Shown: one piece after another, positions 1 through 9,559 of the stretch
How positions within the stretch are numbered: position 1 is the stretch's first letter
Layout of the letters: every line of letters starts with the position of its first letter
Source of the DNA: an uncultured Pelagibacteraceae bacterium
GTDB lineage: Bacteria > Pseudomonadota > Alphaproteobacteria > Pelagibacterales > Pelagibacteraceae
Length of the DNA stretch: 64,000 nt
NCBI GenBank assembly: GCA_902586225.1
Contig: CACIGO010000002.1
Coordinates: 12,702 to 76,701 of the forward strand
Reading direction: 5' to 3'
The notes under the pieces: model-generated
The model's input: only the letters and a program-made list of their open reading frames with translations
Database searches by the model: none
What the model was told of the DNA's origin: nothing
Program-made: the position numbers and the translations under genes

Positions 1-86
1 GCTTCTTTTTTATTTTTCTTTTCTTTAGGATACTTATCTAAGATTTTTTCAAACAAATTAAATAATAGAAGCTTTTGGAAATACAT
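1..86 (-). CDS. 5' part of a hypothetical protein running off the window edge (MYFQKLLLFNLFEKILDKYPKEKKNKKE...)
   Basis: Manual translation: ATG at 86, open to position 1, co-oriented downstream of the HAD gene. Confidence 0.35.
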   Translation of the reverse strand, partial: MYFQKLLLFNLFEKILDKYPKEKKNKKE

Positions 87-142
87 AAATATTTTTATTA
101 TAATATTTATGTCAGGTATAGTTTTTTACATTATTAGAGATA

Positions 143-802
143 TTATTTATTAAAGATTTTTTTTGATAATTTATTAACCTTTAAATGGTTCCCATCAAAT
201 CCGTATTGAGTGTGATATTTTCCAGGAAATGCAACACATTTTATGTCTGCACTTAAAGCAGAATTTAAACTTTCTTCTGTATCTTCAATTGCCACACATT
301 CGTCTGAGTTAATATTTAAGTATTTTAAAGCATAATTATAAATATCGGGATATGGTTTTTCTCTTAATATGAATTCATTATTGCCGATAAAATCAAAATC
401 TTTTTTTTCAATTCTTCCTCTTAACGAGTTAAAAATAGAATTGATATTGTTACTCGTTGTTGAGCTAGCAAGTCCAATTTTTATTTTGTTCTTTTTGCAA
501 AATTGAATTATTTCTTTTACACCGTCTCTAGGCTCAACTTTGTGTTTGTTTAAATATTCATTAAAAATTTTGGTTTTTAAATTTCTTATTTTTTTTCCAT
601 CTATTTCAACACTAGTATCTTTTGCGTAATCATTGATTCTCGTAGTTCCACCTGATTTTGACAATAGTTTCCTGTATATATCTTCATCCCAAAACCAGTC
701 TAATCCACTTATTTTAAAAGCTTCATTAAATGCATCTCTTTGAAGATCTGATGTCTCAGCTAAAGTTCCAATAGAACCAAATAAAACAGCTTTGTAACTC
801 AT
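143..802 (-). CDS. HAD-superfamily hydrolase, CbbY-like (subfamily IA)
   Basis: MSYKAVLFGSIGTL start (motif I variant lacking the usual Asp residues), KPYPDIY and AIEDTEES motifs; ATG overlaps upstream stop (TAATG) at 802. Confidence 0.8.
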   Translation of the reverse strand: MSYKAVLFGSIGTLAETSDLQRDAFNEAFKISGLDWFWDEDIYRKLLSKSGGTTRINDYAKDTSVEIDGKKIRNLKTKIFNEYLNKHKVEPRDGVKEIIQFCKKNKIKIGLASSTTSNNINSIFNSLRGRIEKKDFDFIGNNEFILREKPYPDIYNYALKYLNINSDECVAIEDTEESLNSALSADIKCVAFPGKYHTQYGFDGNHLKVNKLSKKIFNK

Positions 803-1683
803 TATCCCTTCACAGCACCAGCTGTTAATCCACTGATTACTTGTCTTTGGAAAAACATAACTAACATAAATAAAGGAGCAGTAGCCGAAACAACTGCAGA
901 AACAGCCCACATCAAATTACCTTCATGTTGATTTGTTCCAAGATAACTTTGGATTTTGGGTACCATAGTATGATTTTCCTGATTTAATAAAAGAGCTGTC
1001 ACTGTAAAATCATTATACGCAAGCATTAAACTAAATAATCCAGCAGTTATTACTCCAGGCCACATAACTGGCATAATGATATGTCTAAATGCTTGAAAAT
1101 AAGAGCAGCCATCAATTAAAGCACTTTCATCAAGTTCTTTAGGAACAGTTTTAAAAAAAGAATACAATAACCACAAAGTAAATGGTTGATTTATTGCAAC
1201 AAGAACAACGATGGTCGTCGGTAGTATTCCCCAAATTTGTAATTGAAAAAACGGAAATAAATAACCAGAGACTAATGTAATATGCGGCATTGCTCTAAAA
1301 ATTAATGCTGCAATTAAAATCCAAAATGCATAATTTCTTGTAGACCTAGATAAAGCGTAAGCTCCTAAGGTCCCGAGGAACAGAGAAATGGTTACAACAA
1401 AAAATGTAACTATAACTGTATTCCTAGATGCTTTCCAAAACTCTCCTTCAGTCCATGCTTGACTATAAGCATCTGTTGTAAACTTTCCTCCAGTTTCTAG
1501 CAACGTATTGAATGCTGTAATAGCATACCACCAGTCAGCTCTTGAAAAAAAGTCAGCTCTAACTTTAAATGACCCCCAGAAAGTCCAAATAAAGGGAAAG
1601 CATGCAACCAATAACCAAACTATTATAAAGGTTGTATTAAAAATTTTTAAAGCATTCGATCTTTTATCAAGTCCGTATTCCAT
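802..1683 (-). CDS. Carbohydrate-type ABC transporter permease (MalG-like)
   Basis: Hydrophobic helices, EAA-like motif ELDESALIDGCS, C-terminal GLTAGAVKG. Confidence 0.9.
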   Translation of the reverse strand: MEYGLDKRSNALKIFNTTFIIVWLLVACFPFIWTFWGSFKVRADFFSRADWWYAITAFNTLLETGGKFTTDAYSQAWTEGEFWKASRNTVIVTFFVVTISLFLGTLGAYALSRSTRNYAFWILIAALIFRAMPHITLVSGYLFPFFQLQIWGILPTTIVVLVAINQPFTLWLLYSFFKTVPKELDESALIDGCSYFQAFRHIIMPVMWPGVITAGLFSLMLAYNDFTVTALLLNQENHTMVPKIQSYLGTNQHEGNLMWAVSAVVSATAPLFMLVMFFQRQVISGLTAGAVKG

Positions 1684-2712
1684 TTATCTCGCTGTCCTAA
1701 ATTCTTTCCAAGTTCTTATTAAAACTGGTGCTAAAAGTATCGCTATCCCAACAATTGTCATCATTGAAGTGGCAGCGGCTGAACCAAATAATATTACTTC
1801 CTCATTTACCAGGTTGTCATAAATCAACCAAGACAAAGATTGAGCGCTTCCTTCAGCACTGAAACCAATTATAGGCTCAAAAACTCTAAAATTATCCATC
1901 AAGGATATGAGAGCAACAAATGTAACTACGGGATAAATATGAGGCAAAACAATATGTCTTACTCTCTGCCATCTTGATGCTCCATCAATAATAGCTGCTT
2001 CAACAGGTTCTTGGGGAACAGTTTGTAAAGCTGCATAAAATACTACAAAAGCAAATGGTGAATGATGCCAAATTCCATATATTATTATAGTTATCCAAGT
2101 AAGAGTTTTTGAGGATTTTAACGATAAATAAGGGTCATCCATTAACATCTGCAAATTTGCACCAATAATTCCTTCTGCATCTATCATCCAAAATAAAACT
2201 AAAGAACCTACCAATGGAGTAACAATCATCGGCAATATGGTTCCAAATATTAATGGTCCTCTAATTCTTCTAGTTACTGCATTAAGACTTAAAGCAATTA
2301 TAAAACCTAAAAGTAAGACGTTAGGCGTTACAAACAAGCAATAGGTTAAAGTAAAAATTAGAGCCTTGTAAAAGGGTAGGTTGGTAACTTGATCTACAAA
2401 TTCCCCAAAAGTATTTGTTTCATTCCAAAATTTTCCAATTTCCTCAATTGCAAGATGATTTCTATCTACATAAGTCCCAAAGCCATTGAATTTTCCTAAA
2501 GGCTTTTCTTCTCGAATTTTAGAGGTTTTTTCTTGGTCAACAACTATAGAAACTGTACATCCAAAAGGATCACATTTTTTTACTTCCTTAACAACTTGGT
2601 CGTGCTGCGCATAAAATGATTGTATACCTGTTGAAATAATAGGAAGACCTATAAATAAAATCATTGCCAATCCAGTTGGCAAGAAAAACCAAAAAAAAGT
2701 TTTGTTAGGCAT
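1684..2712 (-). CDS. Carbohydrate-type ABC transporter permease (MalF-like)
   Basis: EAAIIDGASRWQRVRHIVLP motif, multiple TM segments, extended first periplasmic loop containing CDPFGC. Confidence 0.9.
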   Translation of the reverse strand: MPNKTFFWFFLPTGLAMILFIGLPIISTGIQSFYAQHDQVVKEVKKCDPFGCTVSIVVDQEKTSKIREEKPLGKFNGFGTYVDRNHLAIEEIGKFWNETNTFGEFVDQVTNLPFYKALIFTLTYCLFVTPNVLLLGFIIALSLNAVTRRIRGPLIFGTILPMIVTPLVGSLVLFWMIDAEGIIGANLQMLMDDPYLSLKSSKTLTWITIIIYGIWHHSPFAFVVFYAALQTVPQEPVEAAIIDGASRWQRVRHIVLPHIYPVVTFVALISLMDNFRVFEPIIGFSAEGSAQSLSWLIYDNLVNEEVILFGSAAATSMMTIVGIAILLAPVLIRTWKEFRTAR

Positions 2713-2723
2713 TAATGTAATAA

Positions 2724-2743
2724 GTGGGGATTTTCATCCCCAC
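2724..2743 (-). terminator. Intercistronic stem-loop after the binding-protein gene
   Basis: gtggggat-tttc-atccccac, perfect 8-bp stem with GAAA loop on the minus strand. Confidence 0.6.
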
Positions 2744-2757
2744 CTAAAATTTATTGA

Positions 2758-3978
2758 TTATAGAAAGCCTTGTTCTTTTGCTTTACTCATGTAAGCTGCT
2801 TCCACATCTTTTAAAGCTTGTTCTGCTGACTCTTTACCTTGTAAAAATTCAACAATCTCACTTCCTAATGCACCATGCATTAAACCCATTTGTGGTAACA
2901 TTGGATATGGTTTAGCTTTCATTTTAACAGCTTCGATAACTCCAATTGATTTTGGTCCAGGCTTGAAACCTTCAATTAACCAAACAGCTTGATCCGCTGC
3001 ATCTGCAACCATCTTTTTGTTAGCAGCTGCGTGTGCCAAAGCTCTAAATGTTGCTTCAGCATCAGCGTCAGATCTATTTTTTGCTAATGTGAAACCGTCC
3101 CACCATAAAGTCGCTGCTGGTATGTTTCCTCCAGCAACTGTTGCTGGTCCAGTTAATTTAGTTGCTGCTGTAATTTTTGCATCACCATCATCATCAAGCA
3201 ATGTTCCTGATCTTGATGCCCAAAGAGTCATTAATGCAACATTTCCAGATTCCCATTCAACTTTAATAGCTTCACTATCGTGAGTTAAATAATCTGGGTT
3301 ACTTAAACCTGCTAATTTTTTTAGCATATTTAATGTTGCTACACCTTTTGCATTGTTAATGCTTGGCTGAGCAGTTCCTGCTTTAAAGAATTCTCCTCCA
3401 TGTCCAATATACATGTTAACGAATTCTTCTGCTAAATTCCAACCAGCTTTGTATGCTGCTGCGTAAGGATATTGCATTTTACCAGATGCTCTTATTTTTT
3501 CTGATGCCGCTACTACTTCCTCATATGTTTTAGGAACAGCTATACCCAATTCTTTTAAAACATCTTCTCTGTAATATAAGTGCTGAGTATTTGCCATAAA
3601 AGCAACTGCCATTATTTTTCCATCAATTGTTATCAATTGAGAGTCTTGTATTCCTTTTCCATATTTCTTAACAAGATCATCTAGTGGTCTAATTAAGTCT
3701 TGGTTCATCAAAGGAACTATAGAGCTATTTGCTGCAATTCTTGCAGAAAACTCTGATGGATTTGCAGTTAAAGCTGGCACAGCAATTTTATTGTGCTCAG
3801 ATGAGTGTGTGACTTTAAAATCTGCACTTCCTTTACATCCTTTAGCCGTTTCCACGAAAGTTCTTAAAGCTGGAAAATCATTAGCTAAAATATTTATTGA
3901 TCCACTCTTAATGTTACAATCTGCGTAAGCAGAAGTTCCAAAAAGAAGAAGCAATAAAGAAATTAATATTTTTTTCAT
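2758..3978 (-). CDS. ABC transporter substrate-binding protein (SBP family 1)
   Basis: Signal peptide MKKILISLLLLLFGTSAYA, LYYREDVL..G...PKT.EE motif, GAGGGA SD upstream. Confidence 0.9.
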   Translation of the reverse strand: MKKILISLLLLLFGTSAYADCNIKSGSINILANDFPALRTFVETAKGCKGSADFKVTHSSEHNKIAVPALTANPSEFSARIAANSSIVPLMNQDLIRPLDDLVKKYGKGIQDSQLITIDGKIMAVAFMANTQHLYYREDVLKELGIAVPKTYEEVVAASEKIRASGKMQYPYAAAYKAGWNLAEEFVNMYIGHGGEFFKAGTAQPSINNAKGVATLNMLKKLAGLSNPDYLTHDSEAIKVEWESGNVALMTLWASRSGTLLDDDGDAKITAATKLTGPATVAGGNIPAATLWWDGFTLAKNRSDADAEATFRALAHAAANKKMVADAADQAVWLIEGFKPGPKSIGVIEAVKMKAKPYPMLPQMGLMHGALGSEIVEFLQGKESAEQALKDVEAAYMSKAKEQGFL

Positions 3979-4051
3979 ATTTGTTTCCCTCATTAAATTT
4001 AAATTTATGATTAGAAGGATATATATTCCAAAAGGAATTTAAAAGTATTTT

Positions 4052-5179
4052 TTAAATCGCATTTGACGCAAGCTCTGCACCTGCGACCAAAGATTCAAAT
4101 TTTTTGTAAACAATATTTTCATCAACATTTCCAAAGCCAGCAAAAGTACTAAATCCACAATCACTTCCAGCCATTAATTGGTTTTTATCAATTACTTTTG
4201 AATACTGAATTATTCTATTTTTTACTAACTCTTCATGCTCTACAAAGTTTGAGGTTGAGTCTATTACACCAGGAACTATTACTTTGTCATTAGGAAGTTT
4301 TATGTTCTCAAATACCTTCCATTCATGAGCATGCCTTGGATTGGATGCCTCGATTAAATAAGTTTGGATATTTGCTTTTAAAGCAATAGGTAATATTTTT
4401 TCTAATCCAATATCGTGAATATGTGGTCCTTCATAATTTCCCCAGCAGATATGCATTCTTAACTTAGAGGCATCGATATCTTTGATTGCTTCATTAAGAC
4501 ATTCGATTTGTTTTTCAACTCTTACTAAAAATTCTTCATCTGATACATTTTTAAAAGTCATATGTCTTGCTAGCGCAAGATCTGGGCAATCAATTTGCAA
4601 TAATAAATCATTCTTTGTTATTTCATCATATTCAGTTTTCATAATTTTTGATAATGCTTCTAAATAATCATCATCATTTTTATAAAATTTGTTTGGAAGG
4701 AAATTTGAAATTACTCCTGGTGAAGCAGAGTTAATAAATCCTTTAGGATGGTTATTTTTTTTTAAAGCTGATTTTAAATTACTGATATCTTTAGTAAGAG
4801 ACTTAGTATCTTTGATTTTTAAATCAGCAGTACAACATGGTCTTGTATAAGCAGGTGTACCACCTGATTTTGCAATTTTCTCTTTATATGATGGAAAATC
4901 ATCCAAGTCTTTAGGAGCTCTTCTTTCGCTTTCACCACTAAAGCCATGCAACCGATCCTTTACATAAGTTGCATAACTTATTTTTGACATTTCACCATCG
5001 CTTATAATATCAATTCCGATATCAATTTGTTTTTTTACAATTTTATTTACATCTTCTTCAATTATCTTATCAAGTTCTCCTTGATCGAATAATTCATTTT
5101 TATCTTTTTTAAAAAGCATCTCAGATAGCTTTTTTGATCTTGGTAGACTTCCAACATGTGTGGTTTTAATTTTATCCAT
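4052..5179 (-). CDS. Cobalamin-independent methionine synthase II family protein (single-barrel MetE/epoxyalkane:CoM transferase-like)
   Basis: TTHVGSLPR, SDGE, QIDCPDL, Zn ligands HICWGN / E / DCGF. Confidence 0.85.
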   Translation of the reverse strand: MDKIKTTHVGSLPRSKKLSEMLFKKDKNELFDQGELDKIIEEDVNKIVKKQIDIGIDIISDGEMSKISYATYVKDRLHGFSGESERRAPKDLDDFPSYKEKIAKSGGTPAYTRPCCTADLKIKDTKSLTKDISNLKSALKKNNHPKGFINSASPGVISNFLPNKFYKNDDDYLEALSKIMKTEYDEITKNDLLLQIDCPDLALARHMTFKNVSDEEFLVRVEKQIECLNEAIKDIDASKLRMHICWGNYEGPHIHDIGLEKILPIALKANIQTYLIEASNPRHAHEWKVFENIKLPNDKVIVPGVIDSTSNFVEHEELVKNRIIQYSKVIDKNQLMAGSDCGFSTFAGFGNVDENIVYKKFESLVAGAELASNAI

Positions 5180-5184
5180 AGTTT

Positions 5185-6144
5185 TTACATTAATATTTGT
5201 TTCCAAATAGCCACTTCATCAAACAATACCCATTCTCTTATTATTTTATCATCTCTTAATTCTGCATGATTTATACCCATTATAAATAAATCTTTGTCAG
5301 TCTTTTTCCCAAATTCTTCACTGTCTTTAGAGTGCTTACCACTTAAAAACCATCTGATAGTAGCTTTTTGATTGTTATTTTTTTCGTCCAATGATGCAAC
5401 ATGTTCGATAGTAAACTTTATTTCAGAAAATATATTTTTTAAAGATCTCCAATATTTAATTATATCTTCACTGCCATTTCCAACTTTATTACTTGGCCAA
5501 AAAAGACTGGCTGCCCTATCATAATCTTCAAAATCATAATCATTATTAAATATTTTCTTTAAAATATTGGAATATATATAACCTGATGAACCTTCGTTAA
5601 CTTTTACTGGAGTATACTCTGACTTTTTATCAGAAGATCTATCAAAAACTTTGATAGCTTTTGATACGCCACCTTCTTTATCAATTAAATGCCTTGCAAA
5701 TTTCTCAGGTGTATAACCTAGCTGTCGAACCATTGCACCTTGATCTCTCACAATCCACTCATCATAAACTTGATTATTTTTACATGCACAGTCAGCTATA
5801 ACTCTATAAACAATTTTGTTTCCAGTTTTTTTTCCGTAAAATCCGTCCTTTAAATGTGTAGCTTTGCTCAGAATTCTGTGAGATGAATGATATCCTTCAT
5901 CGTCATTTCCACTCCAAATTACATCCTCACCTAATAATTGTCTGTCTGGAAATTCGTCTAAAGTTTTATAAGTTGCATCAATAACAGGTTTAAAACCATA
6001 GGTTATCCCAAAGGGTGATCTTACAGGTATATTCTCTGAATAATATTTAGATATCGACTCGACATCTTTCCCTTCCCAAATTTGTTTAGTAATTTTTAAA
6101 ATGTAATCAGTTAAATTTTTATAATTACTATCAAATCCTTTCAT
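5185..6144 (-). CDS. Tandem SnoaL/ester cyclase (NTF2-like) protein
   Basis: Two NTF2-like halves ending VYDEWIVRD and IIREWVLFDE; FPDRQLLGEDVIW. Confidence 0.75.
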   Translation of the reverse strand: MKGFDSNYKNLTDYILKITKQIWEGKDVESISKYYSENIPVRSPFGITYGFKPVIDATYKTLDEFPDRQLLGEDVIWSGNDDEGYHSSHRILSKATHLKDGFYGKKTGNKIVYRVIADCACKNNQVYDEWIVRDQGAMVRQLGYTPEKFARHLIDKEGGVSKAIKVFDRSSDKKSEYTPVKVNEGSSGYIYSNILKKIFNNDYDFEDYDRAASLFWPSNKVGNGSEDIIKYWRSLKNIFSEIKFTIEHVASLDEKNNNQKATIRWFLSGKHSKDSEEFGKKTDKDLFIMGINHAELRDDKIIREWVLFDEVAIWKQILM

Positions 6145-7082
6145 TAGATCTGACTAACAAAATTTAAAATACTATTTTCTGAATTATTACAAGAGATATC
6201 TATTTTGCTACTCAAAGGAACTGAAAAAGTATCCCCTTTTTCCAATTTTATATTTGATTTTCCAATTACTATTTCCCAATTACCTTCTTGAGCAAAAAGA
6301 ACGGTAGGCTTTATACATTCAATACCTTTAATTTCACCAGATATAGAATTTAATGTTGTTAAATTAAATCCAGTATCTTGTTTGATTGAAGGTTCATAAT
6401 TTTTTTTATTAAATTTGTTTCCTAATACTTGATATAATTTAATACCATTAACTTCATCGCTGATATTGTTTTGTTTATTTCTATAAATATTTTTTTCTAA
6501 TTCTTCTGGCAAATAATTATCAAATCTTTCTAATTCATCTTGAGTGATAGGCTCTATCATCTTTCTACCGTTAGGCACTTCAACCTTTTTTAAATCTATT
6601 AACGAATTATCATCAAGCAATGCCATACCAGTCTCTTTTGCCTTTTTTAAAATTTCTGGAACCCATGTTATTATACCAGGATCATCTCCGCCTAATACAA
6701 CAAACATCAAACTTTCTTTATCTCCAACATTTTCAAATGCTCTGAACATATTTGTAGGCATTGAAATTATATCGCCAGCTTCTAATATTGTTTCTTGTTT
6801 TCCATCAGCACCCCAATAAAATCTCCATTTACCTGAGTAAATTACAAATACTTCAGCCGTAGTATGACTATGAAGACCAGATCCATTTTTTGGCATAGCA
6901 CTCACTGCTCCTAAATTATACCCATGTAAAGACTGTATTTTTATTAGTTGTTTGGTGTCTTCAGCGACACCACGTCCAATAATTGTATAATTTTTTCTTT
7001 CTTTATGACCTTCTAATCTACCCTCTACAAAAGGAAGGCTACTTGGAACGAGCTCATTAAATTTTGCTAATCTATCAATCAT
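6144..7082 (-). CDS. Cupin domain protein (bicupin-like)
   Basis: GLHSHTTAEVFVIYSGKW motif 1, GDIISMPTNMFR motif 2; second degenerate cupin KGDTFSVP. Confidence 0.8.
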   Translation of the reverse strand: MIDRLAKFNELVPSSLPFVEGRLEGHKERKNYTIIGRGVAEDTKQLIKIQSLHGYNLGAVSAMPKNGSGLHSHTTAEVFVIYSGKWRFYWGADGKQETILEAGDIISMPTNMFRAFENVGDKESLMFVVLGGDDPGIITWVPEILKKAKETGMALLDDNSLIDLKKVEVPNGRKMIEPITQDELERFDNYLPEELEKNIYRNKQNNISDEVNGIKLYQVLGNKFNKKNYEPSIKQDTGFNLTTLNSISGEIKGIECIKPTVLFAQEGNWEIVIGKSNIKLEKGDTFSVPLSSKIDISCNNSENSILNFVSQI

Positions 7083-7123
7083 ATTCTTGTTATTTATCTC
7101 TATTTAAATATAAATTGCAATTT

Positions 7124-8200
7124 ATGCAAATAGAACAATTTGATACAGGACTTAAAAATCAAAATAATTTTCAAGAATTAAAAATCACAGCTGAAGAAAA
7201 TAAACAAAATAAACAAATAGTTAGAAATTATTTGAACAATATTTACAATCTTGGACCATCTAAAATAGAAGAAAATTTAAGCAAATATTTTAGCGAAGAT
7301 GTAAATATTAAATGTTTTTTTCCATTAAATGAATTTAAAGGTTTGTCTAATTTTAGGGATAAATTTTGGACCCCACTTTTTGATGCGTTTCCTGATTTAG
7401 AGAGAAGAGAACAACTCGTTATAGGCGGAGCCTTTAGAGATAAATTTCAAGTTGGAACAATATCTACCTTATCAGGAATTTTTAAAAAGAAATGGCTAAA
7501 TGTAGAGCCAAATTTTAAAATGGTAAATTTAAGATGCTGTGAGATACACGAATTAAAAAACGATAAAATTATTGAAAGTCACATTTTAATCGACACAATA
7601 AATTTTCTAAATCAAGTAGGGAAGTTTCCAATAAATCCTTCAAGAGGGTATGAGGGCATTTGGATGACACCAATAAATACAGATGGTGTAAATTTTTACG
7701 AAAACAATTTAGATGTTTCAAAAGCCACTCTAGATCAATCTCTTACTATGCAAAGAAGTTTAAATATTAAACCAGAATTAGAAGCATCATCTGACTCTGA
7801 TTTAAAAGAAAAACTTATTAATCACCCACAAAAAGATTTTTGGCATGAAAAAATGATTTGGTATGGACCTAGCGGTATAGGAACAGCACGCTCTTTGGAA
7901 GGTTTCATTGATCATCATCAACTTCCTTTTAGAAAAACATTTAAAGAAAGAAATTACTGGGAATTAGGACATTATTGTGAATTAGGAGATGGTAAATTTT
8001 CACTTACTGCTGGATGGCACAGTATACAAGCAGTGTATGATTCAAATGATTGGCTAGGATATAATTCAAATAAAAATAAAGTAACTATGAGAGTTATGGA
8101 TTTTTATCATCATGATGAGGGAAAAATCAGAGAAAATTGGGTACCGATAGATCTAGCGCATATATTAAGTCAGATCGGAATTGATATTTTTAAATCTTGA
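7124..8200 (+). CDS. Tandem SnoaL/ester cyclase protein
   Basis: AFPDLERRE, KIIESHILID, MIWYGPSGIG, MRVMDFY..GKIRENWVPID. Confidence 0.75.
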   Translation: MQIEQFDTGLKNQNNFQELKITAEENKQNKQIVRNYLNNIYNLGPSKIEENLSKYFSEDVNIKCFFPLNEFKGLSNFRDKFWTPLFDAFPDLERREQLVIGGAFRDKFQVGTISTLSGIFKKKWLNVEPNFKMVNLRCCEIHELKNDKIIESHILIDTINFLNQVGKFPINPSRGYEGIWMTPINTDGVNFYENNLDVSKATLDQSLTMQRSLNIKPELEASSDSDLKEKLINHPQKDFWHEKMIWYGPSGIGTARSLEGFIDHHQLPFRKTFKERNYWELGHYCELGDGKFSLTAGWHSIQAVYDSNDWLGYNSNKNKVTMRVMDFYHHDEGKIRENWVPIDLAHILSQIGIDIFKS

Positions 8201-8213
8201 AAACTAAAGTTCT

Positions 8214-9500
8214 CTAATTTGAAAAACCATATTTTCGAAGTCTTACATCACCAGTTCTAGCATGAGCTTCCATACCTTCATATCTAGAAATTCTAGCCGC
8301 TGCAGCACCAACTTCTTTGTTAGATTCTTTATTCATTTTTTGGTAAGTGACTGTTTTTATAAATTTTCCAACGTATAAGCCTCCAGTATATTTTCCTGCA
8401 CCTTTTGTTGGTAGAATATGATTTGGTCCAGAGCATTTATCTCCATACGCAACTGTTGTTTCCTCACCTAAAAATAAAGAACCATAATTTTTAAGATTTT
8501 TTAAATACCAGTCTAAGTCTTCAGCTTGAACCTCTAAATGTTCTGGTGCATATTCATCACTCACTTTCATCATTTCTTCTTTGGTATCACACATAATTAC
8601 TTCTCCATAATCTCTCCATGCAGCATCAGCATTATTTCTGTTATGTTCAGGTAGTTCTTGAATAATTTCTGGAACTCTTTTCATAACATAATCACATAAA
8701 GATTTATCAGTAGTGTAAAGCCAAGCTGGAGAGTCAGGACCATGTTCAGCCTGTCCAACTAAATCATAAGCGATTATTTCTTTGTCAGCTGTATGATCTG
8801 CAATAATGCCTATTTCGGTTGGTCCTGCAAATAAATCAATTCCAACTTTTCCAAATAAAATCCTTTTAGACTCTGCTACAAATTTATTTCCAGGTCCAAC
8901 AATCATATCTACTTCTGGATTACCAAAGCAACCATATGCAAGCGCACCAATTGCTCCTATACCGCCAATGTTCATAATTACATCTGCACCACAAAGGTTA
9001 GCTGTATAAATTATAATTGGGTTAGCACCATTTGAATCTTTCGGCGGACTTGTTGCAATTACATTTTTTACTCCAGCAACTTTTGCAGTTGTCACACTCA
9101 TTATAGCAGAGGCGATATTGTTATATCTTCCACCGGGCACGTAACACCCAACGGTATTTACAGGTATTAATTTTTGCCCTGCTATTAAACCAGGCGATAA
9201 TTCAACTTCTGAGTCTTTTCCAAGATTTTCAAGCTGGTGTTCTGCAAACTTCCTTACTCTTTCATGAGAGAACTGAATATCGTCTTTAATCTTCTGATCT
9301 AAAGTTTTATTTATTTCCTCAATTTTTTCTTTGCTAACAATTATATCACCTTCATAATTATCAAATTTTTTTAAAATATCTTTAACCCCTTGGTCTTTAG
9401 TTTTTTCTAAATCTTTTAAAATAGAACTTACCTTAGTTCTTGTTTCATCTTCACCTGTAAATGCAGTTTTTTCAGCTTTTTTTATATAATTAATTGCCAT
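8214..9500 (-). CDS. hpsN: Histidinol dehydrogenase-family protein, likely sulfopropanediol (DHPS) 3-dehydrogenase HpsN
   Basis: GCYVPGGRY, GPGNKFVAE, GIDLFAGPTE, QAEHG, APEHLE, YGDKCSGPNHILPT; N-terminus and sulfonate context fit HpsN better than biosynthetic HisD. Confidence 0.75.
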   Translation of the reverse strand: MAINYIKKAEKTAFTGEDETRTKVSSILKDLEKTKDQGVKDILKKFDNYEGDIIVSKEKIEEINKTLDQKIKDDIQFSHERVRKFAEHQLENLGKDSEVELSPGLIAGQKLIPVNTVGCYVPGGRYNNIASAIMSVTTAKVAGVKNVIATSPPKDSNGANPIIIYTANLCGADVIMNIGGIGAIGALAYGCFGNPEVDMIVGPGNKFVAESKRILFGKVGIDLFAGPTEIGIIADHTADKEIIAYDLVGQAEHGPDSPAWLYTTDKSLCDYVMKRVPEIIQELPEHNRNNADAAWRDYGEVIMCDTKEEMMKVSDEYAPEHLEVQAEDLDWYLKNLKNYGSLFLGEETTVAYGDKCSGPNHILPTKGAGKYTGGLYVGKFIKTVTYQKMNKESNKEVGAAAARISRYEGMEAHARTGDVRLRKYGFSN

Positions 9501-9559
9501 TATTTTTTCTCTAATTTTATAAATGTTTAAATTATATAAGATGTTTATTCAATAGAAGT

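Noticed and set aside
803-910. Cys-rich N-terminal extension of the HAD ORF
   Set aside because: It overlaps the permease gene in another frame; the coupled ATG at 802 is the more plausible start
4052-5179. Call as canonical metE
   Set aside because: Only the single catalytic barrel is present and the context is catabolic, so methionine synthesis cannot be asserted
8214-9500. Call as histidine-biosynthetic hisD
   Set aside because: No his genes nearby; sequence features and sulfonate context fit the HpsN branch better
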